64,000 nucleotides of DNA, taken from NCBI GenBank assembly GCA_951406725.2, contig OX597842.1, positions 14,074,001 to 14,138,000 of the forward strand. Reading direction: 5' to 3'. The notes under the pieces are model-generated. The model saw only the letters and a list, made by a program, of their open reading frames with translations, made no database searches and had not been told where the DNA came from. The translations under genes and the position numbers were made by a program. The stretch's first letter is position 1. Every line of letters starts with the position of its first letter. This document shows, one piece after another, positions 1 through 13,529 of the stretch. This DNA is from Octopus vulgaris (Eukaryota).

Positions 1-1187
1 CAGAAATATTCATATTGACACACTAGAATTAAAACCAACACATTGCTATTTACTGTCAACTGTATTAAACAACTGTGAATATGATGGCAGCTGTTTATGA
101 TTTAAGTTCGATGACATCTTTTTATGAATTTAGTCTGGTGACATCATTTTATGATTTTACAAAGACTTTTAGTTTTCCAATCAAGAAAGCTGTTTTGTAC
201 ATACATGTAATTAATATTGGGAAGGAATAAGAACGCGCCATCCTCATAGTTTTGTATTTGGTTGTTGCTCAAATTTCTGGAAAAAAATAAATAAGTATTC
301 TATAAGTTAAAATATGTACAATTAATAAGTCTGTTGTCTACTGTTAATATACTGTCTAAACTAACCGAATAAAACTCATGTTTACTGAAAGATGTTTATT
401 TCTCTATGACGTTTCTGTCTGTAGTTTGGATGGGAGTAGATTCCATTAATCTTATTTAGATATCCTAACGGGAGAGAAAGTCTTCTGTGATACTCGAGCA
501 GCAAAAAATGGAAGATGATAAGCTATAAAAATAACAAAACAACAACGAGACTTTGTTGTGTATACAATATGTGTTTTATATAACTTTCACAGTTATAATC
601 AACAAATATTAAAGTTTATTTGCCAACATAATGTGTTAGTCCTATACAAGGACGATGTTACTGTCTTTTAGCCACAGGAAAACATATTTTCCAGTTGGCT
701 ACCGGCACACAGTTTGTGCCCGTATAGTATATGCAAGGGACGTCATCACTCCCATCTCTAGCCTTACATGATACTCACAAATATTATTCTCCATATAAAC
801 TCTAGTGGCAAGATATTGACAACATTGCAAGAAAATAAACCATGAATAATTAAAACACTTATCTTAAGAACAGCTCACAAGTTTTTCAGAGCCACATTCA
901 ACGTATATGTAACAATAAATTTTCATTTTTAAAAGTTTATAGAAAAAATATCCTTCATCATAGCAGTTCCATAGACAGTGAGATTCTACTTTATTGGAAA
1001 TAATACATTAGTTTTTTTTTTTTTATATATTATATAAATTCTAGAAAATTGGAAAACTTGTAACATAGTATGTAGTATAATAAAGGAGCGTGAGTACCGT
1101 ATTTATAATGACATCACACACACTGCGACATTTTCAACAAATATAAAATATTAACATTTTAATTGCAGACTAGTTAAAGATGGCTGA

Positions 1188-1436
1188 TGCTGGAATATTG
1201 ACGATGGTATAAACCAAATATCCTCCATATTTGAAAGGTTCATCTATTATTTCAGTACCCAGTCACGTTGCTGTAGTAGCTGTGTGAAGCAATGCCTTTC
1301 TGGACAGACGCCACACTGCATATTTGCGGAAAAAGTTTTGTTCTTAGATCGTAATCAACTGCTTTCTGACAACGCGCCTTATGACTTTCCTAACATAAGA
1401 AGTCTAAGATATTTATTTGTGTTACATCTTTATTGA
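1188..1436 (+). pseudogene. Degenerate intronless LRR-like remnant (…NQISSIF…VLFLDRNQLLSDNAPYDFPNIRSLRYL…), cut by an LTR at ~1420
   Basis: Stop-free, Met-less frame with LxLxxNxL…FxxIxxLxxL and a Cys cluster. Confidence 0.35.
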
Positions 1437-4335
1437 TAAACGAATACACTGCAACAGTACATTACAATCGAAACAAACTTCAGTAAGAACACGTAACGTA
1501 ATAAAAATCTTTTAAGAACCAACACGCTAACTCAAACTGTGAATTTTGAACCCCAGCTTTGAACTATCAACGCTGGAAATATGGAACTAGCAGGAACTCC
1601 CTCACTTACTCAGACCGCTACTATTTATGTGTAGAGGACCAGTCTATTCTAGCCAAGGGGCGCCGTTCTCTCGCACATCCCCCTTTTTGAGATTTCCTGT
1701 TCCAAAAGAATAAAGAAATTGTTTATGTATGTTATTATACTTTTTAGTATCTCGTTCCTTTGGGCATCATCTCAAGGTATTCGGTCTGCTTTCTTCTTTC
1801 CAAGCTGGTTCCAAAGGACACTATTAGTTTTGGTGCCGGTCCATCGAATATTTCATAGAATACTTCCATGGGAATGTTTTCCTGATCTTCGGTAAGCCTC
1901 GTCTTTAGTTAGTTTGTATGTCTCTTATGTTTGGTGTGTGACCATTCAATTAGATATATCATACCTCCATTTTTTTCTGGTAACATGGCCATCTTCCCAG
2001 CCTTCTTTACCATTTCTATAGGTTTTGGGATGTATTCTATCACCTTTCTCGACGTATTTCGCTGGCGTTTTCGTCTTTCCTTTACGTCTTTTTTCTCTGA
2101 TAATTACTAATCAAAGATGACTTTTCACGGAAGACTTCCCTGAATTTGTGCTTGGATTGAGAGTTACTCTGTGCATCCTTAAGAAATTTTTCAGTGCTTC
2201 ATTACTTTTCTTAACGCTCATTTAATGGTGTCCACAAATCTTTCTACCTGCCCGTTTGACCTCCGGTGGTGGGGTAGACTGAAAATATTCTTTATCGCAT
2301 ACCTTTTACAGAAGTTCTTCAGTTTATACGCAGAGAACTGCGTTCCGTTTTCTGAAACTAGCGTGTCAGGGACACCGTATCACGCAAACAATTCGCATAT
2401 GAACTTTATAGCTGTTTTAGACGTTGATCTATTGCACCTACAAACCTCCAGCCGCTTATTACAGCTATCTACTACGATTAGGTAGTAATACCGTTTAATG
2501 GTCCACACAGTCCATATGTAATCTAGATCATGGGTTCTCCGTCTCAGGGCACGATGGATATTTTACCGCCAGTGCTTCGGCTGCGAGTGGACAGTATCAG
2601 TGCGTTCTCACAAAGTATTCGATATCTCGGTCCATAGACGGCCAAGAGGCATAATGCCTCATCAGAACCTTCATCTTTGCCATTCTAGGATGTCCGCTGT
2701 GAAATTATTGCAATAACTTCTTTGTATTGTAGTTGGAACCACCACTCTTTGGGTATACATCAGAATATCGTCGCAAATTCAAAACCTACAGCCATTTGAA
2801 TTTTTATTCTCTGTATTTTTAAAGCATCTCTTATTTTCGTATATATACTCATCACCTGCATCTTCCATTCTTATATTCTGTGCCGCACTGATAGTTCTTG
2901 AATAACGTTTGTCATAGCTCTCTTAATTTCACTTTCTGGCTGCAGTGCGGTTATAACAGTGTCTTTAAGTGGTGCGATATCTTTGGAATTCATCTCGAAA
3001 GGCAGTCCACGTGACCGATTTTTCGATGGAATGTATTGAATCTTGAAATTAAAATTTAGTAATATTACACCAGCAGCGTTGCAGGTGGTTCGCTGCATGA
3101 GTCGGTAACCATTTTGTAAATCCATAAAACGACAGCAAAGGTCTATGGTGCGTCTGCAATAAAAAAAAATCCTGCCTTGCAGAAACCTGTGGATTTTTTA
3201 CCTGCAAAAATAATTGCTAGTGCCTCCTTATTCAGTTTGACTATATCTCTTCCCTGCTACTTTTAGCGAGCGCGAAACATGAACTACTGCTTATGTCCTT
3301 CGTATCATGCGCGCAAACATAACACAGCTTGGAGCCTGACACCTATTTACTGTGTTTCCCAGGACGACACATTTGAAGTTTTGCATAGTGTGGTCTTGTT
3401 TTCTTTTCACATCATGCTTAAGATTTGACCATAGTAATACATTCTTATGGTTCGTAGAGATAAATCTTGGTTCGCTTGCTCCATTTTTGAGAGAATCCTC
3501 GCCCACATTTCTCTATCTTCAGATGGTATAAGTCCTTGCACGAAGATAAGTGATTTGAACATATCCTGAGTGAGATCCTGGAGTTTGAAATTTTCGCACA
3601 TACGGTTGACTAATCCTCCTCCTCATATTTGGTTTCGTTGCAACACTCCATTCTAGTGTCGAATAATGAACTTCTAGCAAAGAAGCTTTTGAAAGGAGTT
3701 CCACGGTTTCTTGGTTAACAATCTCAATCGATTTTTGGGTAGAATAAGGTTACAGTAACGCTCATGATCGGCAGGAGCTACCTTGTGTAGTAAAAGCCTT
3801 ACTTTCTGCTCCTCCAACCATGAATAGCAATCGTTGTTAAAATTTATCTTCTATAATACACGAGGAATGTAATAACCTTATCCAGATTATACATAAATTC
3901 AGAAATTGCTTTAGTCACGTAATCTGGCGTAAACGAGTTTACTGGATTTTCGAACTTCCCCGACTATAACTCAATTGTTGTTTTTGTAGCATTTGTTTTT
4001 TCAACTCCTGTAGTTGTTCCTGTTGCTTCTCTTGAAGCTGCACTACTGCAGCTAATAGGATTTCCATGACGCAGAAATTGTCAAATAATTAATGTGAGTT
4101 TCGAGCGGTACTCATCGCCAGATTTTATATCCTTTTTGAGAAACAAATACACTGCAACAGTGTAATCGAAACAAACGACACTAACCACCAATCCGCGCTA
4201 ACTCGTACTGTAAGCTTTGAACTATAAACACACGATCTGTGGAACTAGCACGAACTACCTCGCTGAGTCAGACCGCTACTATTTATATGTTGTGGTCCAG
4301 TCCATTCTTGCCAGTGGGTGTCGTACTCTCGCACA
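1420..4335 (-). mobile_element. Decayed Ty3/Gypsy (Mag-like) LTR retrotransposon; RT apparently deleted
   Basis: Related LTRs at 1420-1677 and 4123-4335, both ending ctctcgcaca. PPT at 1678-1689 and a TGGCG PBS-like site at ~4103-4120. Frameshifted gag (MFKSLIFVQGL), RNase H (ILLNFNFKIQY), integrase HHCC and core (HGVPDTLVSENGTQF). Confidence 0.85.
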
Positions 4336-4339
4336 ACGA

Positions 4340-4790
4340 TCTGTAATATTTAGAAACATCTCTACTTCACCCTTTATCAGTATATTTCACTGTTAGCATT
4401 TTGGGATGTTTACCACATGGAAGGAAGCTCTGGAAAAGTATCTGTAGTGGTTTGGCGAGAGCTTTCTTGCACGTCTCTAAAGGAATCACAAGAAAACCAT
4501 TACGGCCGTGGCTAAGTTCACGCCGAAATATCTGATGTTTTGTTTCTTCTCTAAGTGAACTCATGAGACATGCTTATTTGCATATTTCCTAATAAGGAAT
4601 TGAAGACATTTGAGAATTGCTAAACTAAGTATTTCCCTTATCTTCCTGGCCATATGCTGTAGCGCACTGAGGTACATTCTTTTGAAATCTTGAGAAGGCA
4701 TTAGCGTTCGCTTTTTACATTTTCATCTGCCCAGGTTTCGATTTTGTCCATTTTTTTTCACTGCAGAGTCTGAGTTTATTTTCGATCTCT
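4340..4790 (-). mobile_element. CR1/L2-type LINE RT fragment
   Basis: LETCKKALAKPLQILFQSFLPCGKHP resembles the RT N-terminal LxxPLxxLFxxSLxxGxxP motif. Confidence 0.55.
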
Positions 4791-4809
4791 ATTTGGCAAA
4801 ACAATTAGA

Positions 4810-6120
4810 CGCTGAAGAGATGATGATGATAATGTTGGTGATGATGATGGTGTTGGTGGTAGTGCTAGTGGTAATGGTGGTGATGTTGGTAGTGACTGTT
4901 GTGATGGCGAAATTGATGAAAATGAGGAAGTACAGGAAGAGGATCATGATAGTAGTGTTCAAGATAATGATGATGATGCTGATGATGATCATGATGATGA
5001 TCGTGATCAAGATACTGTCGATGAGGGGATGATGATTTTGATGACCCTGATGTGGTACATGATGATGAAGATGATGAATATGATGTAGACAATCAACACG
5101 TCGATGGTAATGAATATTGTATTTGTGGAAGGGAATGATGACGCGCTTGATGATGTTCAATGAGTGAGAAAAGAAGAGGAAAACGAAGATAAAAGAAATT
5201 TGCGACGACAAACTGGAACGAACAAAATATAATAAAACGAAGGAAGGAGGAGAAGAAGAAGAAGAAGAAGAAGAAGAAGAAGAAAAAGAAGAAGAGGAAG
5301 TAGAAGGAGAAGAAGAGGAAGAAGAAAAAGGAGAAGAAAAAGTAACAGAAGAAGAAGAATAATAATAAGAAGAAGACGGAGAAGAAGAAGAAGAAGCAGA
5401 AGAACAAGACGAAGAAGAAGGAGAAGAAGAAGAAGGAGAAGAAGAAGAAGTAGAAGAAGAAGGAGAAGAAGAAGAAGGAGGAGAAGAAGAAGAAGGAGGA
5501 GGAGAAGAAGATTAAGAAGAAGAAGAGGAAGGAGAAGAAGAAGAAGAAGAAGAAGAAGAAAGAAGACGAAGAAGAAGAAGAAGAGGAGGAGGAGGAGGAG
5601 GAGGAGAAGGAAGAGGAGGAGGAGGAGGAGAAGAAGAAGAAGAAAACGAAGAAGAAGAAGAATACGAAGAAGGAGAAGAAGAAGAAGAAGAAGAAGGAGA
5701 GAAAAAGAAGAAGACGAAGAAAACGAAGGCGAAGAAGAAGAAAGAAGAGAAAGAAAAAGAAGAGGGAGGAGAAGTGGAAGACGAAGAAGAAGAAGAAGGA
5801 GAAGAAAAAGACGAAGCAGACGAAGAAGAAGCAGAAGACGAAGAAGACGAAGAAGAAGAAGAAGAAGAAGAAGAAGGCAAAGAAGAAGGAGACGAAGAAG
5901 AATAATAAGAAGAAGAAGGCAAAAAAGAAGGAGACGAAGAACAAACAGAAGGCAAAGAAGAAGGAGACGAAGAAGAAGAAGAAGAAGAAGATGAAGAAGA
6001 AGAAGGAGGAGGAGGAGGAGGAGGAGAAGAGGAAGAAGCAGAAGATGAAGAAGAAGGAGGAGGAGGAGAAGAAGAAGAAGAAGAAGAATAAATAGAAGAA
6101 AAAGAAGAAGAAGAAAGAGT
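4810..6120. repeat. (GAT/GGT)n followed by ~900 bp of degenerate (GAA/GGA)n low-complexity DNA
   Basis: Direct inspection; source of the spurious poly-F/L/S ORFs. Confidence 0.9.
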
Positions 6121-6362
6121 TTGAATAATATTTGGAATAATATTTGGAAAATATAGAAAAATGTAATAACAATATACATTAATATTCTCATACATTGAAA
6201 GACACTCATATCTACAGACATTCACAAACAATCAAAGCTTTTTATCGAAAAAGAGTGAGAATGTAATGAGAGAAGAAGATAGAATGATAACGAAAATAAG
6301 GAGCTTTTGAATATTTAGTAACATATTTTCAATGAAATATTAGCAAGACTTTTCCAACTTAC

Positions 6363-6434
6363 AGATATCTTAGCCAGGGCAAATTATTAAAGGTTCCTAC
6401 TTGAATTTTGTCGATGTTATTTCCATTCAAATAT
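6363..6434 (-). CDS. LRR exon, C-related (72 bp): YLNGNNIDKIQVGTFNNLPWLRY(L)
   Basis: gttacag|A TAT TTG ... TAT CT|gtaagt. Confidence 0.87.
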
Positions 6435-6809
6435 CTGTAACATAAAAGTTTAGCTGATGAGAGAAGGTAGGACGGAGTTTTATTGTAAAATATTATTATC
6501 ACCGAAATGACTATAAAGATTATTGCTAGTGATTAGAAAATGTATCGAACTTATTTATAATAAAAACTGAAATATTATGGAAAAAACAATAACTTCGGGT
6601 AGCGGAATGAATGTAGATGAGGAAGAAGCTGATGATAATATTAAGGTATTAAGGAGGATGATGGGGATGAGGATGGAGGTGGTGTTTGTAGTGGAATCGA
6701 TGAAAATGAGGGAATAGCAGAGTACATGAGAACTGTGGTAGTTTTGATGAAGATAATATTTTTGATGATGTTGGTGATAAAGATTGTGAAAACGATGATG
6801 ATAAAGGCA

Positions 6810-6910
<101 letters not shown>

Positions 6911-7267
6911 GAAGATAGGAACAGAGAAATAATACGTATAAGAGGAAGGGTTAGGACTGGAAGAAAAAGGAGAATATTAGAATGAGAAGAAGAATAAGAA
7001 GGTAGAAGAAGAAGAAGAAGAAATAGAAGAAGAAAACGAAGAAGATGGAGGAGGAGGAGGAGGAGGAGGAGAAAAGTTCTCCCTCATATATAAATGACGA
7101 ATAGGCCAGACATTTTGAAAAACTTTGAAAATTTGAATGGCGTACAAAAATACAAATATGCAAAATTTGGTCCTACATATATATTTAGGAGTGAAAGTTA
7201 TATTAAAACGAATAAGGATATAGTGATGATGATGATGGTGATGGTGATGTTGATGCTGAGAAAGTTG

Positions 7268-7330
<63 letters not shown>

Positions 7331-7578
7331 TGAGAGAGAGAAGTACACAAACATATGCACACATTACGACAGACACATACATAGTCAGACGTACCCCTAT
7401 TCACGTGCATTCCCATTGATACACACTGAGACTCTCACCCATACACACACATGGCGAGACAATGAATGCGATTTAGAGGGAAATTTAGCGAGAGAAACAG
7501 GGTAAGATAGAAATAGACACTCATATCTACAGACATTCACTAACAACCTTAGCTTTCTATAAAAAGGAGTGAGAATGT

Positions 7579-7614
<36 letters not shown>

Positions 7615-7694
7615 GGAATGATAATGGAAATAAGGAGCTTTTGAATATTTAGTAACATATTTTCAATGAAATATTAACAACTCATCTTACTTAC

Positions 7695-7766
7695 AGAGAG
7701 CTTAACTGGAACAGATTACCAAAGGTTCCTACTAGAATTTTGTCGATGTTATTTCCATTCAAATAT
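7695..7766 (-). CDS. LRR exon, C-related (72 bp): YLNGNNIDKILVGTFGNLFQLSS(L)
   Basis: gttacag|A TAT TTG ... TCT CT|gtaagt. Confidence 0.87.
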
Positions 7767-8135
7767 CTGTAACATAAAAGTTTAGCTGATGAGATAAAGT
7801 AGGACGGAGTTTTATTGTAAAATATTATTATCACCGAAATCTCTATAGATTATATTGCTAGTGATTAGAAAATGTATCGAACTTTTTTTATAATAAAAAC
7901 TAAAATATTATGGAAAAACAATAACTTCGAGTAGGGGAATGAATGTAGATGAGGAAGAAGCTGATGATAATATTAAGGTATTAAGGAGGATGAAGGGGAT
8001 GAGGATGGAGGTGGTGTTTGTAGTGGAATCGAGGAAAATGAGGGAATAGCAGAGTACATGCGAACTGTGGTAGTTTTGATGAAGATAATATTTTTGATGA
8101 TTAGATTGTGAAAACGATGATGATGAAGGCAATTA

Positions 8136-8233
<98 letters not shown>

Positions 8234-9289
8234 GTTGTTGTTGTTGCTATTATTATTATTATTATAGGAAGAAAGTAAGAATAAGTATAAGAAGGAGAAA
8301 AAGAAGAAAAATAAAAATGAAGGAAAAGACAATTAATAGCTGTATTAAATGAAAAATTGCTGAAGAAAAAATAGAAGAAGAAGGAAAACAGATAAAAACA
8401 ACTACAACAACAACGAGCAAATGCTACAATAAAAGCGTGGTAAGGACAATTAATATAGACTTACAAAATATAGCCTCTCACCCCTGAAAAGCTTATTACT
8501 GAGCTAGAGTTATGAAGAACAGAACTAGTAGATAAAATTTAAAAAATTTAAACATTTCAGATATGCAGCGCTCCTTGGGTGAGATACCGGGTGTAAACAT
8601 GTTAAAAGGCTCAAGTAAGGAGATATAATATTTAACATAAATAAATAAGAAATAAAGGGAATAAATGTATGCTTGTAAATTTCATAATAAGGGCTTTTAT
8701 AATATGGGTCAGTTCAACAAGATTAATTAAAACTTATTAATAACATTATATAAATATTCAAATTTATTGCCCACAAAACCGGAAGTAGGTTTTTAATATA
8801 GGGGTGGAGAGCTAAAGAGCAGGTGGGAATAATATGAATTAGTGACATACTAAAGCGAAACCATGTAGAAATAAGTATGTATTTTTTACAGTGATTTAGA
8901 ATGTAGCTTCAGGTTTGGTTCAAATAGTGCAATTAATATAAAGGTGAAAAGCTAAGGAAAAACTAGGAAGAATCTAAATTCAGGAAACACAAAGAATGAG
9001 ACCCGGTAAATGTAAATATATATGTTTTCGGTGAATTAGAAAATAGTAAAAATCTATGGTTTTTATAGGGTAATTCAATATTAAGGCAAATAAAAATTAT
9101 CATTATCATAAATGAATAATTTAATACTTAGATATTACTTCATGCAAGGAGTCGAAGGGAGATAATAGTTAAGTTACTAGAAAGCAAGACAAATGGGTAA
9201 TACATGGACTAGATATAAATGTGCAGATTAGAGCCTTAGGAGAGGTGTGCAACGTATGAAGTAAAGATATTATACTAAATAATACCCCC

Positions 9290-9614
9290 ATGTCTAACAC
9301 CCATGGACATGCTTACAAAGTCAGAAAACAGCACAGCTCCCATGACTTCCGGAAACATTTTTTTCACGCTAAGAGTTGCTGAAGCATGGAACAAACTGCC
9401 GACATCAGTTGCTAGTTGTTGGAACATCCTTCAAAACGTCCATGCTTCCTGAGATTTGCCAACACTACACCTGATTTTCTTCCCTCCATACACACGCAAG
9501 CATGTATCTGACTTATACACTGTTCACTTTCCAAACATTTGTACATTACTGCATATTCTTTATACGCACTTGTGACAAGTTGTGGTGCACCTGAGCACTG
9601 TATACAATAATTGC

Positions 9615-9704
<90 letters not shown>

Positions 9705-9705
9705 A
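9290..9705 (+). mobile_element. CR1 LINE 3' fragment with (TAA)n/(ATT)n tail
   Basis: THGHAYKVRKQHSSHDFRKHFFTLRVAEAWNKLP, the typical CR1 ORF2 C-terminus. Confidence 0.75.
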
Positions 9706-10460
9706 GTCGAGTGGATTTTTAACTAAAAAATATAAAAGGATTCTACAAAGAATAGGAAGAAAATGAAAGAAAAGAAAATAATTAATTAATTAAAGACTGG
9801 AAGTTGGAGGAAATAATAGTTAGTGCGTTAGGCTGTAGGTATAAGTAAATTGTAATTATAGTATATATATATATATATGTTTATATATATATATAGGTGG
9901 AGATAGGACCAAATATAGTTTAAATAGCAAAGCCAAGTAATCAAACAATAATTAAAAGAATTCGCTGTGAAGATATAGATATGAATAAATAAATATTCAT
10001 GGTAAAAAATAAGTATAATGGGGGGACAATAAAGTTAGATTATTATGAGATAGGTGCAAGACATATTGTAAACATAGTATGTATACATAATAAATATGGA
10101 GTTATGATTATATAGTTATTAAATTGATAAACCAAGAAATATGAATAAGAAAAATGGTAAGAATATAAATAGATATAAATAAATGTATATATACAGGGAT
10201 GCTAAGGAACAAATATAATTGGGGAACCATAATAGGGCTACAGAAAAACAGTCTGAGAGACAGGGGTAAATAAGTTGTTAAACAATTTAAGCAGGGATGT
10301 AAGTTTATGGAATAAGAATAACTATAAATACTGTATCCATGTATTAAAATTAAAATTAAAAATTAAGTCATGTGTATTGGAGAGACATTACTCTCATCTC
10401 GAAAAAGGGTAAAAATACAAAGGCAGGTATAGATGAATATATATACATCTATACAATGTA

Positions 10461-11325
10461 CAGCGGTAGGACAAAATAATGGAAACATCTTAAAATTTCA
10501 AACAAATTTATTTTTATATGGAGTAGGACAGGCTTTGGCAGTAATTACAGCTTGAATTCTACGAGGTATGGACTCGTACAAATTCTTTCCAAAGGAGGTT
10601 TTGTTCATTCTTTTCTCCAGTTTGTGCAGAGATGATGGTGGAGGATATCGACGCCTTACTTGGTTTTCTAAAATGCATTTTCGTCCGAGAAACTAACATT
10701 TTTCACTACTCCAGGAACCAATTCTGTAGGTGTTTTTCCACTCTAAACGCTTTGCAACGTTTGGTTTTTAAGATAGTGGTTTTCCGATTGTAGCCCTCCC
10801 GTGAAATCCGGCTTTGTGCAGTTCCCGGCGAACAGGTTTTGTGAAAAGTTGGTTTTCGAGGTGGTCATTAAGCTCTGCAGTAATTTTGGGAGCTGTACTT
10901 TTGTGATCCTTTCTAACAATTCTCGTAAGAATCTAACGATCCCTATCTGAAGGTTTTGGTTTTCTTCAGGAGTTTTGTTCGACAAGGAGGTTTTTCAAGC
11001 TTTCTCAAATGCTGTCATTACTTTCGAGACAGTACTTCTTGATTCGCCATGCATTTCGGCTGTTTTTGTTACGCTTACACCTGCAATACGAGCACCAACA
11101 ATTTGACCTCTTTGAAAGCCCGATAGATTTGTCATTTTATTGAATCTTAATTACCTTTTTCTGAAGATATCTGAAAATGAACAGCAATTTTAGCAAACCA
11201 TATTAAGCCACACTAGTAAGGGATTAAAAAAGCTTAAACATAAACAAGCATTTGACGGTTTTATAGATATTTCAAAATTATGATGCTATAATGCTTGATG
11301 TTTCCATTATTTTGTCCAACCCCTG
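10461..11325 (-). mobile_element. Internally deleted Tc1-like DNA transposon with both TIRs
   Basis: TA|cagcggtaggacaaaataatggaaacatc … gatgtttccattattttgtccaacccctg|TA; transposase remnants between. Confidence 0.85.
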
Positions 11326-12122
11326 TATATATATCCATGATAGATCGCTAGCCACTGAACCTGTTTCTATTTCCTCTCCTGTTTATTTCTGTGATACTTT
11401 CTGTCAAAGATCGTAGGCTCGAAACGTAAAAGACTTTCTCACTTCCCGAGCGTTAAACTAATACATCTGTTTGTTGTTTACATACCCTTCTTCGAATTTT
11501 CTTTCCTTTTTTCGGTGTAAATTCTCACAAAATATATAAATATATATACAAGATAAAGATTAGATATAAAATAGAGACCTTTAAGAGGGGTTTACATACC
11601 ATAAAGCAGTAAGCTGTTCTATAATTTAAACATGCGTGTTAGTATAAGGAATAAGAATAGCTAAATAATATGTTATCCATATTTTAAAAATACAAATTTG
11701 GTAATGTGTATGCAAGTGACATTGCGTTCGTCTCCGAAATATGTTGTCTGTTGACTTTTCTTATGCATGTTAGCCGGTATGAAAATATTTCTAAATATTC
11801 TACGCTTATACATTTCACAGACAAAAATTCATACTTTCAAAGCCTTTTGTTACAAAGAAGTACGCAGTACGCACGTGAGATTTCGGTACCTATTAACAAC
11901 ATAATTATGCATTTTCTTAGCGGTCTTACTATGGATGATAAATAAATTTGTTTGTTCATTAAGACAGAAACTAGAGTTTTGGGTTAAATAAAAATAATTT
12001 TTGTTGTCATTCTGTTTGGAACTACTTTTTTTCGTGGTTCGTGTTTTGACTACACTTTCTAGCATGTAAGGTATCATGTGAAGGGTCACCCCTCTGTGTA
12101 TAAATAACTAAGTACTGATACA

Positions 12123-12247
<125 letters not shown>

Positions 12248-12477
12248 ACATGCATGCAATAAAACGTTTCCTAAAGTAACACGCCATCATAAATACCAGC
12301 TCTTAGGAATGAACCCACACTCACGTTCGCAGTAATACTCATAACATTAAAGACAGAGAGGGAGAGTGATAGTATAGGGAAGGACGGGTGAGGGAGTTTA
12401 AAGAGAAATATGGGCATCATTACATATTTAGAATATATCTTCAATGAAATACAATAAAAATGAATCATTCCACTTAC

Positions 12478-12549
12478 AGAGTTCTTAAGCGGGGAAGATT
12501 TTGGAATAGCTCTGTTTTGATTTCCTTCATATCATTACCACCCAAATCT
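12478..12549 (-). CDS. LRR exon, class E, A-related (72 bp): DLGGNDMKEIKTELFQNLPRLRT(L)
   Basis: ttttacag|A GAT TTG ... ACT CT|gtaagt. Confidence 0.87.
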
Positions 12550-13529
12550 CTGTAAAACAAATTTAGTCAAGAACTCGTATGGATCAGATTTGTGAAAGAA
12601 TATTAAATGTCATGTCGAAACAATTGGATGATGGAAGAAAAGCAGAGTAGATTACGATGATGATTAATTGGATGCTGATGATGGGGATAATGGTGGTGGT
12701 GGTTGAGGTGGTGGTTGTGGTGTTGGTAGTTGTCGTAGTGAAGTCTTTGATGATAAACTGGAGGATATGTTCTTGAGGTAATTAACAATGCTATGATGAA
12801 GAGTCGGATATTGATTTTGACGATGTTGATATCGTATAAATATAAAAATAATGAGAATGATAACGGCGATGTTGACATAAAACAAAGAAGTCGATAATGT
12901 TGATGGTGGCGGTGAGTGCGCTGCAAATAGTACACGTATTAGATGAATAGAAAATAGCAGCATAGAGTATCGAGTGATTATGAAGAAATCATAAAAGGGA
13001 GATGAAAGACACGAGTATTATGGAGATGTTGAAGAAGATGATGACGATGACGATGAAGATGATGATGATGATGATAATGATGATGATGATGATGATGATG
13101 ATGAATAACAACAAAAACAAATCAATTTGTATAAAAATTAAAATTAGAATAGTATAATTCTAAATATACGACTGCGAGGGTGATCCTAGGATTGTAAACA
13201 TCATTGATCAACCTGTACAAGATATACACACTGAATCTCGCACGCATGTTGATACACTCATAGACACCTATTTACATACAAAGACAACTCTCACACACAT
13301 ACATATACATATACATATATATATAATAGAAATATGTTACTGAAACATAGAAACTATACGCGGAAATGCAAGGGGAAAGTAAGATGAAAAATAAGTGAAA
13401 ATGCACATTGGAAATCAAAAGAAGTAAAGGCTCTTATAAAAAGTAATGATAGATATATACAATTAGATGAACTGAGATAGGAATAAAAATAATAAAAGTT
13501 ATTATTTTGAATTGTTAAAGAGATTTAAA

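Noticed and set aside
465-522. Possible terminal exon LSSSIFCCSSITEDFLSR* after a ttatag acceptor
   Set aside because: Only a weak resemblance to an LGR hinge FCC motif; too short to support without transcripts.
5093-6231. Long ORFs of 239-359 aa (poly-F/L/S)
   Set aside because: Translations of a (TTC/TCC)n low-complexity tract, open in all three minus frames, with no domain signal.
8465-8483. Possible 19-nt micro-exon (ttttcag|…|gtaagt)
   Set aside because: Length is not a multiple of 3, no LRR similarity, and it lies in an AT-rich repeat.
11395-11435. Hammerhead-ribozyme-like core (…gatcgtaggctcgaaacg…)
   Set aside because: The CUGANGA box is not intact and stems cannot be drawn; at most a decayed Penelope-type terminal repeat.
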